Positions 13,240-25,335 of a DNA stretch of 64,000 nucleotides are shown here, in pieces. The DNA comes from Malacoraja senta. Taxonomy: Eukaryota. The stretch lies in contig CM075989.1 in NCBI GenBank assembly GCA_038087875.1, positions 11,222,001 to 11,286,000 of the forward strand, written 5' to 3'. A program made the translations under genes and the position numbers. The stretch's first letter is position 1. Every line of letters starts with the position of its first letter. Under the pieces are notes generated by a model. That model ran no database searches. It was not told where the DNA came from and worked only from the letters and a program-made list of their open reading frames with translations.

Positions 13240-14000
13240 AGAGAGAGTCATAGCCCATCACAGAAGCCCTTCAGCCAACTATATCTATGTTGACTGTTTT
13301 GTCTGTCTATATTGATCCTATTTTCCCAATTAAGGCATGTTTCCTTCTCTACCTTGCTTATCTAAATGCCCCTTAAATGTAGTGATGGTATCTGACTCTA
13401 TCACCACCTCAGGCAGTATGTTCCAGATGTCGACAATCCTCTATGTAAACAAAACCTTTACCTTCAGATTAAAGAGTCCTTCCTTTCACCTTAAACCTAT
13501 GCCCTCTTGTTTTTGACACTCTCTACCAAGGGAAAGGGATTCGATCTATCCTGTTTATGCCTTTGTTAATTTTACATACCTCTATTAAGTCACCCCTCAG
13601 CCTCCTTTGCTCCAGGGAAAATAAGCCCAGCCTATCCAATCTCTTCTTGTAATTAAACTACTTCAATGTTGTGGTGAATATTCTCTGCACACTCTCCAGC
13701 ACAACCATAACCTTCCTTTCGTGTGGTGACCAGAACTGCGTACAAGACTTCAGTGCGGACTAACCAATATTATGTAAAATTACTACATGACATCCCAACT
13801 TTACATTCAATGCTCTGACCTATGAAGACAAGCATGCTACATTCCTTCTTCACCGTGCTATGTTGCTGTCTTCAGAGAACTGTGGATGGACTCCATGGTC
13901 CCACTGTTAATCGACATTTCTTAACATCCTATTTTATTGTATCTGTCTTACCTCTTTTGGACTTCCAAAAATGCATCACCTCGCACTTCCAAGCTGCTCT
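13240..14000 (-). mobile_element. CR1 LINE 3' fragment
   Basis: TCACCTTAAACCTATGCCCTCT...TCACCCCTCAGCCTCCT...GGTGACCAGAACTG blocks shared with other CR1 copies in the window. Confidence 0.8.
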
Positions 14001-15073
14001 TGCATCTGCTGGATGAACACCCTTTAGAAATATCTTTAATTTGGATTGTTCTCTCATAGCAATGAGCAGAGAGTTCTACAAGCAGCATAGTTCTGGCAAG
14101 TTACAAGAAACTGTTGGTTCAAACAGTGATATGCTCCAGATGGCACGTTCCATTGTAGTGGGCAAACCTATGGTGGAAAAGATACAATGAAGGGTAGTAT
14201 TTGGATAGCAGCTCTCCAACAAAGGCTGTGAAAATTGAGAGATTCACATTTAAGTCAAGAATTGCAGCAAAGGAATATTGGTAGTATTTAGTGATATTAA
14301 AAAGTCTGAACATTTTACTAGTTTAAAGGACTCATCCTCAGGGTTTTCTTTTTACATTAAATTTAGATTTACTTATAACTCTAATGTAGAATAGCACAGT
14401 CTGAGCAGCGCCCGATCCAATAGAGCACCAGGCTGCTGCGGGGCCTCCAGCGGCCCACTCCACCAGCACCTCGACTTTCGACACGCTGTTCCCTTGCCTC
14501 CCACGGCCTCCACTCTGCCTCCGTGACCCAGGTCACCTCCCGCAGCAGACCGTGGAACCCCCAGAGTGCCTCCAAGCCCCAGCTCACTCACCGTCACCAT
14601 TCCTCCCCTCCGTCCACCGCCACCACCGTCTAGAAATAATTAATTTTGAAAGAAAGATTTTGTTTACAACTACCTCTCTGTCTATCCCACCTTTTCCCCA
14701 CCATCAATTTCCTTTATCGCAAGAGTCAAACGTTTTTTAATTGTCATACTATACTGGCAATGGAACAATGAAATTCTTACTTGCTGCAGCTATAGGGCCT
14801 ATGAACAACCTAACCTTCGGCTTCCAAGACGCAGGTAATTTTTTGGGCCTTATTTTACGGTTAAAAATAGTGTCTTCGATGCCGGGAAATCCGGTATTAA
14901 TAATCTAACATTCTGACTAACCCCTTTAGAACCTCTCATTTTCTGATGAATTTTTGTTCATGATTTCAGCATCAGTTAGTGAGCCAATTTCCACGTTCAC
15001 TGGACACTCCAATAAAGTCATATTTAAATACACTTTAAAATTAATCCCTGATGTCTCATTGTGTTTTTCTCAG

Positions 15074-15179
15074 CTGAAAAACTTCAGAACTTGGTTGAAG
15101 GGAATTCATCAGCAGAAGAATTGCTTACACATTTAGAGAATGCTACTTGGGAGAACATACAAAGAAAAAATATAAGGAG
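15074..15179 (+). CDS. SPG11: spatacsin exon (~ex23): AEKLQNLVEGNSSAEELLTHLENATWENIQRKNIR
   Basis: tctcag|CT acceptor, AG|gtatca donor, 106 nt. Confidence 0.9.
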
Positions 15180-15281
15180 GTATCAAAAATGTGCAAGCAT
15201 AACTAATCTCTCGCTTTTTGTACAATTGTTATGGTGCAGCTTCATCAAATCAGATATAACATTGAGCTTATTGAATTGCAG

Positions 15282-15441
15282 GGTATCTTTAGAAGCTGGT
15301 CAGGAGTGGTCACTGATGGCACAATTCTGCAGGCTTCATGACATCCCCCTGAGCATGGTCTACCTTCAGGCTTGTGCCCAAGAGGATGAATGGCTGCAGT
15401 TTATAGTATTTGCTCAACTTCACAACTACCAGCCAGAAGAG
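15282..15441 (+). CDS. SPG11: spatacsin exon (~ex24): VSLEAGQEWSLMAQFCRLHDIPLSMVYLQACAQEDEWLQFIVFAQLHNYQPEE
   Basis: ttgcag|G acceptor, GAG|gtaaaa donor, 160 nt. Confidence 0.93.
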
Positions 15442-16344
15442 GTAAAATGCTTGAAATATTAAGTTGCATTTGCTTCCTCTTTGCCTCTTTTCCTTCTCGT
15501 GTCACCACATTTTATTATAGATAACTGAACAGTCTGTTTCCATCTCTCTGCTAAGATGATTTTGGAGCGAGATATGGTTTTCGTGACCCTTGATATGAAT
15601 GTCTTTGTGCCCTTGCTTTTGTACATTCCCTTCCTCTTCCACACTGGTGGGAAAAGTCTGGGCCAGAAGTCTGCCATTTCTTTATCTTGATAAACAAGCC
15701 AGACAACACCTGAAGTTAGGATCAAACCCGGGTCTCTGGTACCATGAGGCAGCAGCTCTACCAGCTGCGCCACTAGCTCCGTTTGAAAGAGAGCCTCTTC
15801 AGTGGTAACAGGGGAAAGTATGGATGTCACATAGAGATTAAACTGTGTGTGGGCTGGCTAAGGGCTTGGAGATAATCTGTAACCTGTGGACCTGCACAGG
15901 AATAAAAGCTGACATTTTCTTTCCACACAACTGATTAGAAGGGGATCAGACATTTTGTGCAAAATGTCTTCATGCAGCAGCACTTTTCTGCGAAGAGGAA
16001 ATTATTCTCTGACAGTTTACCTTTTCTAAAGTCCTCAATTTTGAACTGGAATTGCTCAGAGAATCTATTATGTTATGTTATCCATAAACCTGAAATATCA
16101 CCCTACCTCAGCACCGGAAAATGTAAGTATTGTCTGAATTACATTACTTATGTGAAAATAAAGTTGAACCTTGTAAGGGCCCAGTTAATCAACAGCCTTG
16201 GACATTTTTAAAAAAGACTTTAAATTGCTTTAAGTGCCTTGAGTAGTTCATCAAACACTAAGAAAGTACTGTTAGTGTTTTCTTGCTTTGTTATACTTTT
16301 AAAAACAACCTTGTCCTTGTGTTACCATCCGATCCTTTCTATAG

Positions 16345-16608
16345 GTGAAGCGACTGCTAAAAGACTTCAGTCCCATTCTGCAGGACCATCTGACGTTAGC
16401 CTTTCAGAATTTGCAATTTGTTTCTCACGAAAAGCCAGCGAGTTGTACTGTGATGAAGAAAGAACCCGACAAAGAGACCAAGTCCCCAAAAGATCTCTTT
16501 CAAGTTCTCTATAGGTGCCAAGATAATACAAATCCTTGGCGATATCTTTTGAGCGAGGCAGTACGGCAAAACGCACCAGTGTTGAGCGTTCTGGCTGCAT
16601 GTTTTCAG
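16345..16608 (+). CDS. SPG11: spatacsin exon (~ex25): VKRLLKDFSPILQDHLTLAFQNL...EAVRQNAPVLSVLAACFQ
   Basis: ctatag|GTG acceptor, CAG|gtaggt donor, 264 nt. Confidence 0.95.
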
Positions 16609-17743
16609 GTAGGTGTTTCTTGTGGCTGAATTAATGACCAGTTAATGACATTTTGATCACAGTGCACATAGGGATAATTATGTTGCTATTACAAACCCAT
16701 TAACGAGTTCAGAAGAATCTTCCTTTCCCAGAGCACAGACAGAATTGAGGATATGGCTAACAAGTGCAGTGGTTCAGATGCATAGCTCAGATATTTGATA
16801 AGTTGCATGAAGAGGAAAGGATGGAGGATACACTGATCGAGTTCAATGATGAGAAAAGGTTGTGGGAGAATAAATATTCCCACATTTAAATGTCCTTTAA
16901 ATTCAACCTTGTAAATAGCAAAACAATGTGAATATTATTAAAAAATGAAATATAGTGGATGCTGCAGACGTGAAAGAAAAATAGAAACGGTTCTAAATAC
17001 TCAGATCCGGTAGCATCTGTGAAGAGAGAAACAGGCATAATCTATCAGGCCTTTCATCAGAAATTGACAAAGTTAAAAATCAAATGTGTTGTTGCAGAGA
17101 GGGGAGAGGGACACAAGATTTAATGAGGCTAATGGTGGTAGCGCTGGTGTGAAGGCTAATTTCAGGTGATATCTCTGGTGGAAATATAATCCGAATAATG
17201 TTAGAGGAAAGATGCAATAAAAACTACACAGTGGGAGTGGAATGGAGCATTAAAGTGACAGCTGACAGGAAACTCAGCATTCCCTTGGAAACAGAGGTCT
17301 TCTGCAAGGCAGTCCCTGATGATGGGAAAGAAAGAGTTAAAAGGACAGGCAGGTAATATGGTTAACTGTTAGAATGCTGTCAGGGAGGAGAAGATGAATG
17401 CCATGGTAGCATCATGTTGATGGTGGCGGAAATCATGATGGTGGGTGATGTGTTGAATGTGTGGTAGGCACGGATAATTGGAACCCTATTGTTGTGGTAT
17501 GGGGTTCATGGAACAGACCTCTCACAGTTTCATCATCCCAGGTGAAGCGGTGATTCCGTTTCACGCATTAGGGCCTCCACTCCATTTCAGAAACCAAACA
17601 AATTGGATGATTGCTTTGTATGGCATGTTTGCACGCATGTTACTCGTGTATGTGCAGCAAAGATCCACTAAGGTCTAGGGGGAGGGCGGGAGTTTGCTAT
17701 ATGAGGATGAATTGAGTTGACTGGGCCTGTATTCTAGAGAGTG

Positions 17744-19830
17744 TAGGTATGTTACAAAACTTACCTTCAGTCGCGCTGTAATTCTGCCACTGGCCGTGTG
17801 CGCGATTTTGGCGCCTTTAAGGGGGGGGCGGGGTTAAAACGCGGTTTATCCTCCCTTGTCCTGGAAATATTTTGTTGGAGTACAAAACTTCGCTGACAAA
17901 ATCGTTCCTACCGGCGTTTTGTGAATTTTTTTTTTATTAAATCGTCAATGTCAGCGCTACAGTCATTTTAAAAGCAGCTCCTGAAGCGTCAACGCCAATA
18001 ACTAGCAATGTTACAAAATTTTGAGATTTAAAAAATAAAGTCTGCAATTTATCCCATCAGATAAAGCATAAAAAGAAGTTTAATTTGACACTTAATTCAC
18101 TTTCATATCTTCAGTATTAAAAAAGTTATGGCCATTATCATACTCAGAAATTAGCATCTAGTTCCCTATTGCTTTTCCATTGACTTAACACAAAAGCTGT
18201 GATCGAGGACAGTTAAAAGCCCATAACTTTCTTAAAAATTATGGTAACTCAAAGAAATTTTCAGGTATTATAGATTGAAGCATTCTGAAACAAATATGAA
18301 ACAATCTTACTTCGAAGACATGAAAGTAAAGCATATAATTAGTTAGTTACCTAATTGTAGCTAATTACAAAATTCAATTACTAGATCTAAACATCTATCA
18401 ATTTCTTAAGAATAGATTAACATTTTTAAATAGCCTAAGTGTCCAAATAACATTCACACAATAATTCACGATATAACATAATTTTTAAATCTAATTTTCA
18501 TGAATTTACAGGCCAAATGGAAGGAATTGAATGTTTAATACCTGTAAATTAATGGGGATTTAATTCATCTTGCGGGTGAGGATTACTGGAACGCGATCTT
18601 TTGGAACGTTCATTTGCGGTGAATTTAACCCCGTATTGGCATGAAAAATACTGCCGTTAATTCGGGGAATAAAATCACCGTGTCGCATGACAAAATGTGA
18701 ATTAAAGGCTTCTTAAGAAGCACTTTTATACATTTAAAGAAAGCACTTTCGTTTACCTGTCCATTGTGTGAAATCCGTCCCCGTTATTGTAGGTATGTTA
18801 CAAAACTTACCTTCAGTCGCGCTGTAATTCTGCCACTGGCCGTGTGCGCGATTTTGGCGCCTTTAAGGGGGGGGCGGGGTTAAAACGCGGTTTATCCTCC
18901 CTTGTCCTGGAAATATTTTGTTGGAGTACAAAACTTCACTGACAAAATCGTTCCTACCGGCGTTTTGTGAATTTTTTTTTTTTATTAAATCATCAATGTC
19001 AGCGCTACAGTCATTTTAAAAGCAGCTCCTGAAGCGTCAACGCCAATAACGGGGACGGATTTCACATAATGGACAGGTAAACGAAAGTGCTTTCTTTAAA
19101 TGTATAAAAGTGCTTCTTAAGAAGCCTTTAATTCACATTTTGTCATGCGACACGGTGATTTTATTCCCCGAATTAACGGCAGTATTTTTCATGCCAATAC
19201 GGGGTTAAATTCACCGCAAATGAACGTTCCAAAAGATCGCGTTCCAGAAATTCTCACTCGCAAGATGAATTAAATCCCCATTAATTTACAGGTATTAAAC
19301 ATTCAATTCCTTCCATTTGGCCTGTAAATTCATGAAAATTAGATTTAAAAATTATGTTATATTGTGAATTATTGTGTGAATGTTATTTGGACACTTAGGC
19401 TATTTAAAAATGTTAATCTATTCTTAAGAAATTGATAGATGTTTAGATCTAGTAATTGAATTTTGTAATTAGCTACAATTAGGTAACTAACTAATTATAT
19501 GCTTTACTTTCATGTCTTCGAAGTAAGATTGTTTCATATTTGTTTCAGAATGCTTCAATCTATAATACCTGAAAATTTCTTTCAGTTACCATAATTTTTA
19601 AGAAAGTTATGGGCTTTTAACTGTCCTCGATCACAGCTTTTGTGTTAAGTCAATGGAAAAGCAATAGGGAACTAGATGCTAATTTCTGAGTATGATAATG
19701 GCCATAACTTTTTTAATACTGAAGATATGAAAGTGAATTAAGTGTCAAATTAAACTTCTTTTTATGCTTTATCTGATGGGATAAATTGCAGACTTTATTT
19801 TTTAAATCTCAAAATTTTGTAACATTGCTA
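17744..19830. mobile_element. Composite rearranged non-autonomous DNA transposon (TAG...CTA termini, hAT-like): left part + inverted right part + complete 1041-bp copy
   Basis: TIRs TAGGTATGTTACAAAAC / TAGCAATGTTACAAAAT; 7-bp TSD GAGAGTG at 17737-17743 and 19831-19837; 17744-18002 repeats directly as 18790-19050; 18003-18789 is the reverse complement of 19044-19830; no transposase ORF. Confidence 0.9.
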
Positions 19831-22759
19831 GAGAGTGTAGAAAAAATGATAGGAGATCTCATTGAAATTTATAAAATTCTCCACAAGCCAGATGTAGGGA
19901 GTATGTTTCTCCTGGTTAAGGAGTAAGAACCAGAGGTCACCGTTTCACAATATGGGGTAGACCCTTGTGGATTTTGATGAGAAGGAATGTCTTCAAGCAG
20001 AGGATGGTGAATTTCTTCATGTCATATGGGCTCCTCATGTTCCTAGTCTGTTTACACATGACTGAGACTTGACACTGAATTCAACAATTTCAGATAATCA
20101 AATTTGGGTCGGACCTGGCCAATTCGGATGAAAAGCCAACCTGAAACATTAGCACTGTTCTTCACACTTCACAGGTGCTACTGTAGAAGTATTATGTGAT
20201 CAATAAATTCAGCTCATATAGATTCTTAGTGAACTGTTTGTCTTTTCTCAAAACCTGTTTCTAATTGCCAAGAAATTCTATTTAACCAATGTATATATGT
20301 GCAGGATTGACCCGAACATATTTGCATTCCTTAACGAGAATGATAGTAGTCTATTCATTCACAATATCTTTGTAGTGGGTGCCATCCGGTAAATTTAATA
20401 ATCTGGAAATTGCCACCAATGCAGAATTGAATAATGGCGTTAGCTTGATTAATCGTTTATCTAATGTTTTTTGATGACTTTTGTATAATTATGTTTATCT
20501 GCCCGTGTAAAAGAGAATGAAAGCAAATTGGGCACCAATTTTCAGTCTCAGCATAAGGTCAGATTTTTCTTGCTGAATTAAATATTCATACTAAAACCAT
20601 TGTTACAAATATGTGGAAGAAACTGAAAAAGGAAACTTGCGTTTATGGGGCTCATTTCTTGATTTCTGGATCTCTGAAAATATATTATGCAGTGTAGTCA
20701 CTTTTACAGGAAACATGGTAGCCAATTTGAACATGGTAAGTTCTCCAAATCACCTCATGTTAAAATGACTAGATCATTTTTTTTTGATTGAATGTTAAAC
20801 ATTGACTGGGACATTGGTGATGATACCCCAAACATTAGCCCCCATCCCCTTCCATTCTTGAATATGCTGATATGGATTTCTTAAAATCCACTAGAGAGAC
20901 ATGATCTTGGTTTAATACGATGTAATTGTTACTTACGGCTTTAAGCAATCTTTCTTCCATCACTGCATTATCCTGTAGAATGACCCTGACTTTCAGCTGG
21001 TATTTACGACTTTAAAAAAAAACCAAATAGCCTATTACTCAGTAATTTCCATCAGATTGCCCTTGTTTGAAATTTTCTTTTCATCACATCACAAGGGTTG
21101 TATGTAATTATAATTGTATTCTGATAATCAAAGCCAGACATTTTTGTTTTAACCTTGCAACGTGGAGAATTGGCAACATGTAGAGCACTGTTTGACTACA
21201 TATTTTTCAGGATGTGTAATACAATGGAAACTCACCTCTCCCCTCTCCTGGATTCCCTAGGAGAGCATTTAGTTCATTTGCGAACTAGAGTGGATTAATG
21301 TGGCATTGTAGAGGAACATGCTTTTTAAACTTGGTGAGCCTCTATGAGACCCAGATTGACAGATGGTTCACTTTCTTGACATTACTGAGAAATAATTTGA
21401 ATTTTTGAACTCTGGCGCAGTATGAAATTATAATCTCCAAATAATTTGACTTTCATTCCAGTTATTAGTACTTAATACACATTAAAATAAGATTTGGTGT
21501 ACATATCAATTGAAAATAAGCTAATCTCTCAACCTTTGCACAAAATAGAGAAATAGTTTGTGAAAAAGCCTGCTGCAATTTGACAACATGTTGCATCCGT
21601 AATTATCCTTTCTGTTGTAATTTAGAAATAATTATGAGTGAATTACAACATGTCCTTATGTGTTTGAATCTTCCCTCCCATCCTGTCTGTTTTCGCCTGC
21701 TACCCTCACTTGTAAATAGTTGGTGCAAACCTGTAAAAGTTTTTTATTAACCCTGTGTCTGACTTCCACTTGAGTTTACTCTTGACCTTTCAGCTTCCCA
21801 CCAGGAAGCCAAAGACTTGACCTCTCTCTTGTCCCCAGCTCTCTGCCCAAGAGCTGCCTTGCATTGTAAATAATCTAGCTGTCCTCATGTTGACTTCCTG
21901 GGCAGCTGCATCCTTCTGACCTCTTGACATCACACCACACCCTCGCTCTCACAAATGTGACAACGGAGCCTATTGTCCCAAAGTGAGACCGAACAAGGGC
22001 AGAAGCTTCAACTGTGTTGAAATCACATTTTCAGAATATGCTCTCTGGGACCTAAGCCCTTGAGAACTAAACTTTACTTAATCACAGCATCTTAAAGTAA
22101 ATGACCTGAAATTCCATAGGTGTGACAGAATATCATATTCAAGGAAAAATTTACTAATACAAATTTAGAATGCTTCCTCACAGATTTATGGAATGTCACT
22201 AGTCTGGAGAAACGTAGCTACATATGGAATCCACGTAATTCAGTGACCTTGCTCTCCAGTCAATTCTGTGTATGAAACTATTTAAAATTTGTCTGAACTG
22301 ATCTTTACTAGGACATTCATCATTGAAAGGAAGTGCTTATGTCGATAAATCCTCATTATATAAAGCAAAGTTTTCATTGTGCCACACATGATCAATCAAC
22401 TAACAGATAAATTGCAGATGTAGTCTTATTATTGATGATACTTTCTGATGATTAAACATTTTTCCTATTAAAGCCCACATGGAAAATTCATGAAATTAAA
22501 TTTAGAGACATGAACTTTTATATGAGACCCTTTATCATAACTAACTTTTTCTGAGAGCTATAAAAATGATATTAAAGAATTAAACTGAGGCGATCATCAA
22601 CATGACAATAATATTTTATTTTTAAAATTTCATTCTCTACAGAGGTGATGGGATTTCAATTTATCTGACAGATAATTTAGTCTGGATTTCTACTTAATCA
22701 CCACAGAATGTGTTCATGAGGTGAGGTAGGAAGATGGGATTAAGTGACTCCAGTCATAT

Positions 22760-23130
22760 AGTTACACAGGACGGAAGCAGGCCCTTCTGCACAACTTTAT
22801 ATTACGATCAAGGTGCCTTCCTGAGCCATTTGCCTGCCTTTGGCCCACATCCCCACCAAACCTTTCTATACATGAAACTGTCTAAGTGTCTTTTAAACAT
22901 TGCAATTGTATCTTCCTCTACTACTTCCTCTGGCAGCCCCTTCCTTACACCCAACACCTCAAGGTGAAAACTTTGCCACTGAGCTCAATTCTTTCCCCTC
23001 TCACCTTAATCCTATGTCCTCTACTTTTTACACTACCCTACCCTGGAAAAATAACAGACCATTCATCTTATCTGTGCTCTTCATGATTTTATAAACCTGT
23101 ATAAGTCGCCCCTCAGCCTCCAGCGCTGTA
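22760..23130 (-). mobile_element. CR1 LINE 3' fragment
   Basis: Same 3' end blocks (GGAAGCAGGCCCTT...TCTCACCTTAA...CCCTCAGCCTCC). Confidence 0.75.
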
Positions 23131-23249
23131 TAGATCTGGATTAAGCTGGGGGCAGGAAAATCTATGACTTGAGAGGTAATGGTTTTAGCCTTCAGCGCCA
23201 TCTCTATTCCAGTGCTGCAGTGAGGAATTACTCTCCCTCTCATTCACAG

Positions 23250-23450
23250 GAAACTGACGTTCTTCAGTGTCTTTGTGTTTGGATTGTGATGTCCTCTGAT
23301 AATGTGACCATCTCTGAAGTTACAAAACACCTCGATGATTCGGTGGAGTACCACGAGTGGAATCTCCACGATCTGTCGCTGATGTGGAAGGTGCTGTTGG
23401 GAAGAAGGAAAAGTAAACAACTTGTCCGAGGATTTCAACTTTTTCAGAAG
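23250..23450 (+). CDS. SPG11: spatacsin exon (~ex26): ETDVLQCLCVWIVMS...WNLHDLSLMWKVLL...LVRGFQLFQK
   Basis: tcacag|GAA acceptor, AAG|gtaatg donor, 201 nt. Confidence 0.95.
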
Positions 23451-24838
23451 GTAATGGATGATGCATATATTTTATTGGAAATAAAAATGTAAAATGTTGG
23501 AAATATTCAGCAGTTTAGACAGTGTCTGTGGAGAAAGAAATGGGCTGAATATTTGAACGTGATGACCTTTCATCATAATAGGTCGGTGACATTTGTTATA
23601 GCAAAATGCCATCGATCTGGAACATTAGCTCTGCTTCTCTGTGGATGCTATTGGGTGTTTCCAGCATTTTCTGGTTTATTTTTATCTACAGCAAGCGTTT
23701 TTACATGATTTTCAATGTAAATTCATCTGGAATATCTTTGCCAGTATATATGAAAAGTTTATCAAAGCAAAGAAAGACAGCCTAGTGGGTCTCCATGCTG
23801 CTTGACCTTACCAACCACCTGAATTATAATTTAATTAGTTCTGTTGGGATAGCCAACTTTACTGAGCAAAGTGGATCATTTGAAATTACAAAAGAAAATA
23901 TTGCAGACTGCTGGAAATTGGAAATAAAGATCCATTGATAATATGTAATAAAAAAGGAACTGCAGGTGTTGGTTTATACCAAAGATATACGCAAAATGCT
24001 GGAATAAATCAGCGGGTCTGGCAGCATCTCACTCTGCGAGTCTGAATAAGGGTCCAGACCCGAAACGTCACCCATCCATGTTCTCCTGAAATGCTGCCTG
24101 ATCTGGAGAGTTTCTCCAGCATTTTGTGACTTGTCAATCTGTCAATACTTGTTTTCCGCATTAAATCTGATGAGTGAAGATGACAATGCGATGGTATCAT
24201 GGAGGGAAACAAACTGGTCCTTTTGTATGACTTTATTGCCAGTGTCGGGCAGTTTACAAACCTCTGGAAAGGAATGATTACCAAATAGGGAGTATGGAAT
24301 GCTAATTCAAATGGAGTTCAAATTCTAAAACATGCAGACAAGGAACTGAAAGTTCACAGCCTTATCTCCCATTACAGGAAGAGGAAGATGTGACAGAAAA
24401 TCTCAAAGATATTGTAATTGTGACTTATTAATAAAGGAGACACATCCGATTGCAGAAACTACATATTGCTGAAACAATATCTCTGAAACAGAAACTCTGA
24501 GTTCTGTTGTGCTAAGAGATGTTGAAAACCCCAAGACAGTATTTGCAGATGAGAGCTCTTTGACCAACTTTCCTCCCTTGGTCAATATCGCCAAAATGAT
24601 GGATCATTTGTTCATTTATCTTGTTGCTTACTTTGTGAGTTTGCAGACTGTCTACAATGTTATGCATAAACCAGTCGCCCTATAACATTTTCACTGCTCG
24701 TATTGTACATCAGTTTTGTAGACAAAAATATATTGCTTGGTTTGTAGCTGAACTTGACACCCAATGCTATAAATTTCAGACATTAATAAAAGAGTGTATT
24801 TTCCCCCTAGTTACTTTAACTTGATTTTTTTTTTGAAG

Positions 24839-24946
24839 GACTGTCCCTGGGTCTGCATGCTGGAGATGTATAAACTTTGCACAGAACACAAAAATTACCA
24901 AGAAGCAACATTGAAAATTCAGGAATTCCAAAAATGTCTTCTGTCT
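24839..24946 (+). CDS. SPG11: spatacsin exon (~ex27): DCPWVCMLEMYKLCTEHKNYQEATLKIQEFQKCLLS
   Basis: poly-T tract then gaag|GAC acceptor, TCT|gtgagt donor, 108 nt. Confidence 0.92.
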
Positions 24947-25025
24947 GTGAGTCTACAATCTATCATCATTCTGTGTCAGTTGACCTGCCTTGTCTTAAAG
25001 CAAAACAGAACATAAGCTCCAATAA

Positions 25026-25335
25026 ATGCCCTGTCCCACTTTCCCGAGTTACTCACGAACTCTTCCGAGTTTCCCCCTTGATTCGAACTCGGGGAATGTC
25101 GGTAGCAAGTCCGTAGGAGTCCGCAGATGTTTCGTAGCGGCTCGTAATGCCAGCCGTAGGAACTCGGGCGCATCAGGTAAGTCAGGACGTTTTTTCAACA
25201 TGTTGAACAATGTCCACGAGTTAAAAAAATAGCCCCGAGTACCTACGAACGGCTATTACCGTAATTCTCCGAGTTCGAATCAAGGGGAAAACTCGGGAGA
25301 GTTCGTGAGTAACTCGGGAAAGTGGGACAGGGCCA
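25026..25335. mobile_element. MITE with long TIRs (PIF/Harbinger-like termini GCCCTGTCCCACT)
   Basis: GCCCTGTCCCACTTTCCCGAGTTACTCACGAACTC at left and its reverse complement at right (~65-bp imperfect arms); TA/TWA flanks; CpG-rich. Confidence 0.85.

Noticed and set aside
14815-14897. Small Tc1/mariner-pogo-like MITE ending ...GCCGGGAAATCCGGTA
   Set aside because: Only one convincing terminus and no verifiable TSD pair.
17744-19830. Simple nested insertion of one copy into another (double-Ds type), or an assembly artefact
   Set aside because: A nested inverted copy would include an inverted A segment and a direct target duplication; neither is present. The copies differ by several substitutions and the junctions fall exactly at TIR ends, which argues against misassembly, though reads are needed to exclude it.
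20280-20580. Possible conserved non-coding enhancer (ATTTGCAT octamer, TAAT-rich)
   Set aside because: Short motifs are expected by chance in AT-rich DNA; cannot be supported without a cross-species alignment.
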